From a virus: DNA of 45,167 nt. Positions 44,969-45,167 of the stretch are shown piece by piece. Within the stretch, counting starts at the first letter, position 1, and each line of letters opens with the position of its first letter. A program made the translations under genes and the position numbers. The stretch lies in the IMG/VR virus record IMGVR_UViG_3300017963_000206; one strand, 5' to 3'. The notes under the pieces were generated by a model. It made no database searches. It was given only the letters and a program-made list of their open reading frames with translations, and had not been told where the DNA came from.

Positions 44969-45167
44969 ATGAAAAACAGAAAGTGCATCGTATGTCAGAG
45001 CGAGTTTCAAACAAACGGAAATCGCCGGACCTGTAAAGAAGAATGCAGGGACACATACAAACGTATCCGCGATACGTTGGGGAGGGGAAGGAAGAAAAAG
45101 AAAAAGAGTCGTAACGGGAGTCAGGATTCCGAACTCGACAAAGCCATTGTTACCATCAAGAGCCAAC
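44969..45167 (+). CDS. Zn-finger protein, truncated by the window end
   Basis: AAGGAGGT SD; MKNRKCIVC...TCKEEC...RKKKKK. Confidence 0.6.
   Translation, partial: MKNRKCIVCQSEFQTNGNRRTCKEECRDTYKRIRDTLGRGRKKKKKSRNGSQDSELDKAIVTIKSQ

Noticed and set aside
663-45166. Numerous opposite-strand ORFs in the track (e.g. 16411..16959, 32724..33347, 40032..40844)
   Set aside because: They overlap well-supported genes, lack SD sites and have Phe/Leu/Ser-rich shadow composition.
1-45167. Alternative genetic code, prophage or integrative element
   Set aside because: Core genes are intact in the standard code with TAA, TAG and TGA all used as stops; no suppressor tRNA, integrase, att site or host genes are seen.

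Overview
The window is part of a large, apparently lytic dsDNA bacteriophage genome; it contains no structural, integrase or CRISPR genes. (i) 1-11.5 kb: two blocks of small leftward 'early/host-takeover'-type ORFs with strong Shine-Dalgarno (SD) sites and sigma70-type promoters. Each block ends on its right in a non-coding junction (about 4.5-5.9 kb and 11.5-12.1 kb). The two junctions share an 18-bp-periodic array, a perfect 15-bp inverted repeat and three copies of AAATAAACCTTAAT. (ii) 12.6-33.8 kb: transcription, replication and recombination module with a tandem-HTH protein, sigma factor, primase-helicase, SF2 helicase, gp32-like SSB, tRNA-Met, tmRNA, tRNA-Gln, degenerate Nudix, family-4 UDG, RecA, adenine MTase, 5'-3' exonuclease, Mre11/Rad50, resolvase, family A DNA polymerase and a UvsY-like protein. 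(iii) 33.9-45.2 kb: rightward genes including vWA (ViaA-like), AAA+ (RavA-like), a DUF6744-like protein and many small Cys-rich ORFs. The most notable signals are the twin junctions with an ApG/CpT-depleted first segment (possible staged DNA injection), lysine-rich tails on about 14 proteins paired with a 140-residue acidic tract in SSB (possible electrostatic targeting or condensate system), a hairpin loop exactly antisense to the SD of the vWA and AAA genes, and a kissing-loop RNA upstream of the tRNA/tmRNA cluster. All calls come from manual reading; no database searches were run.
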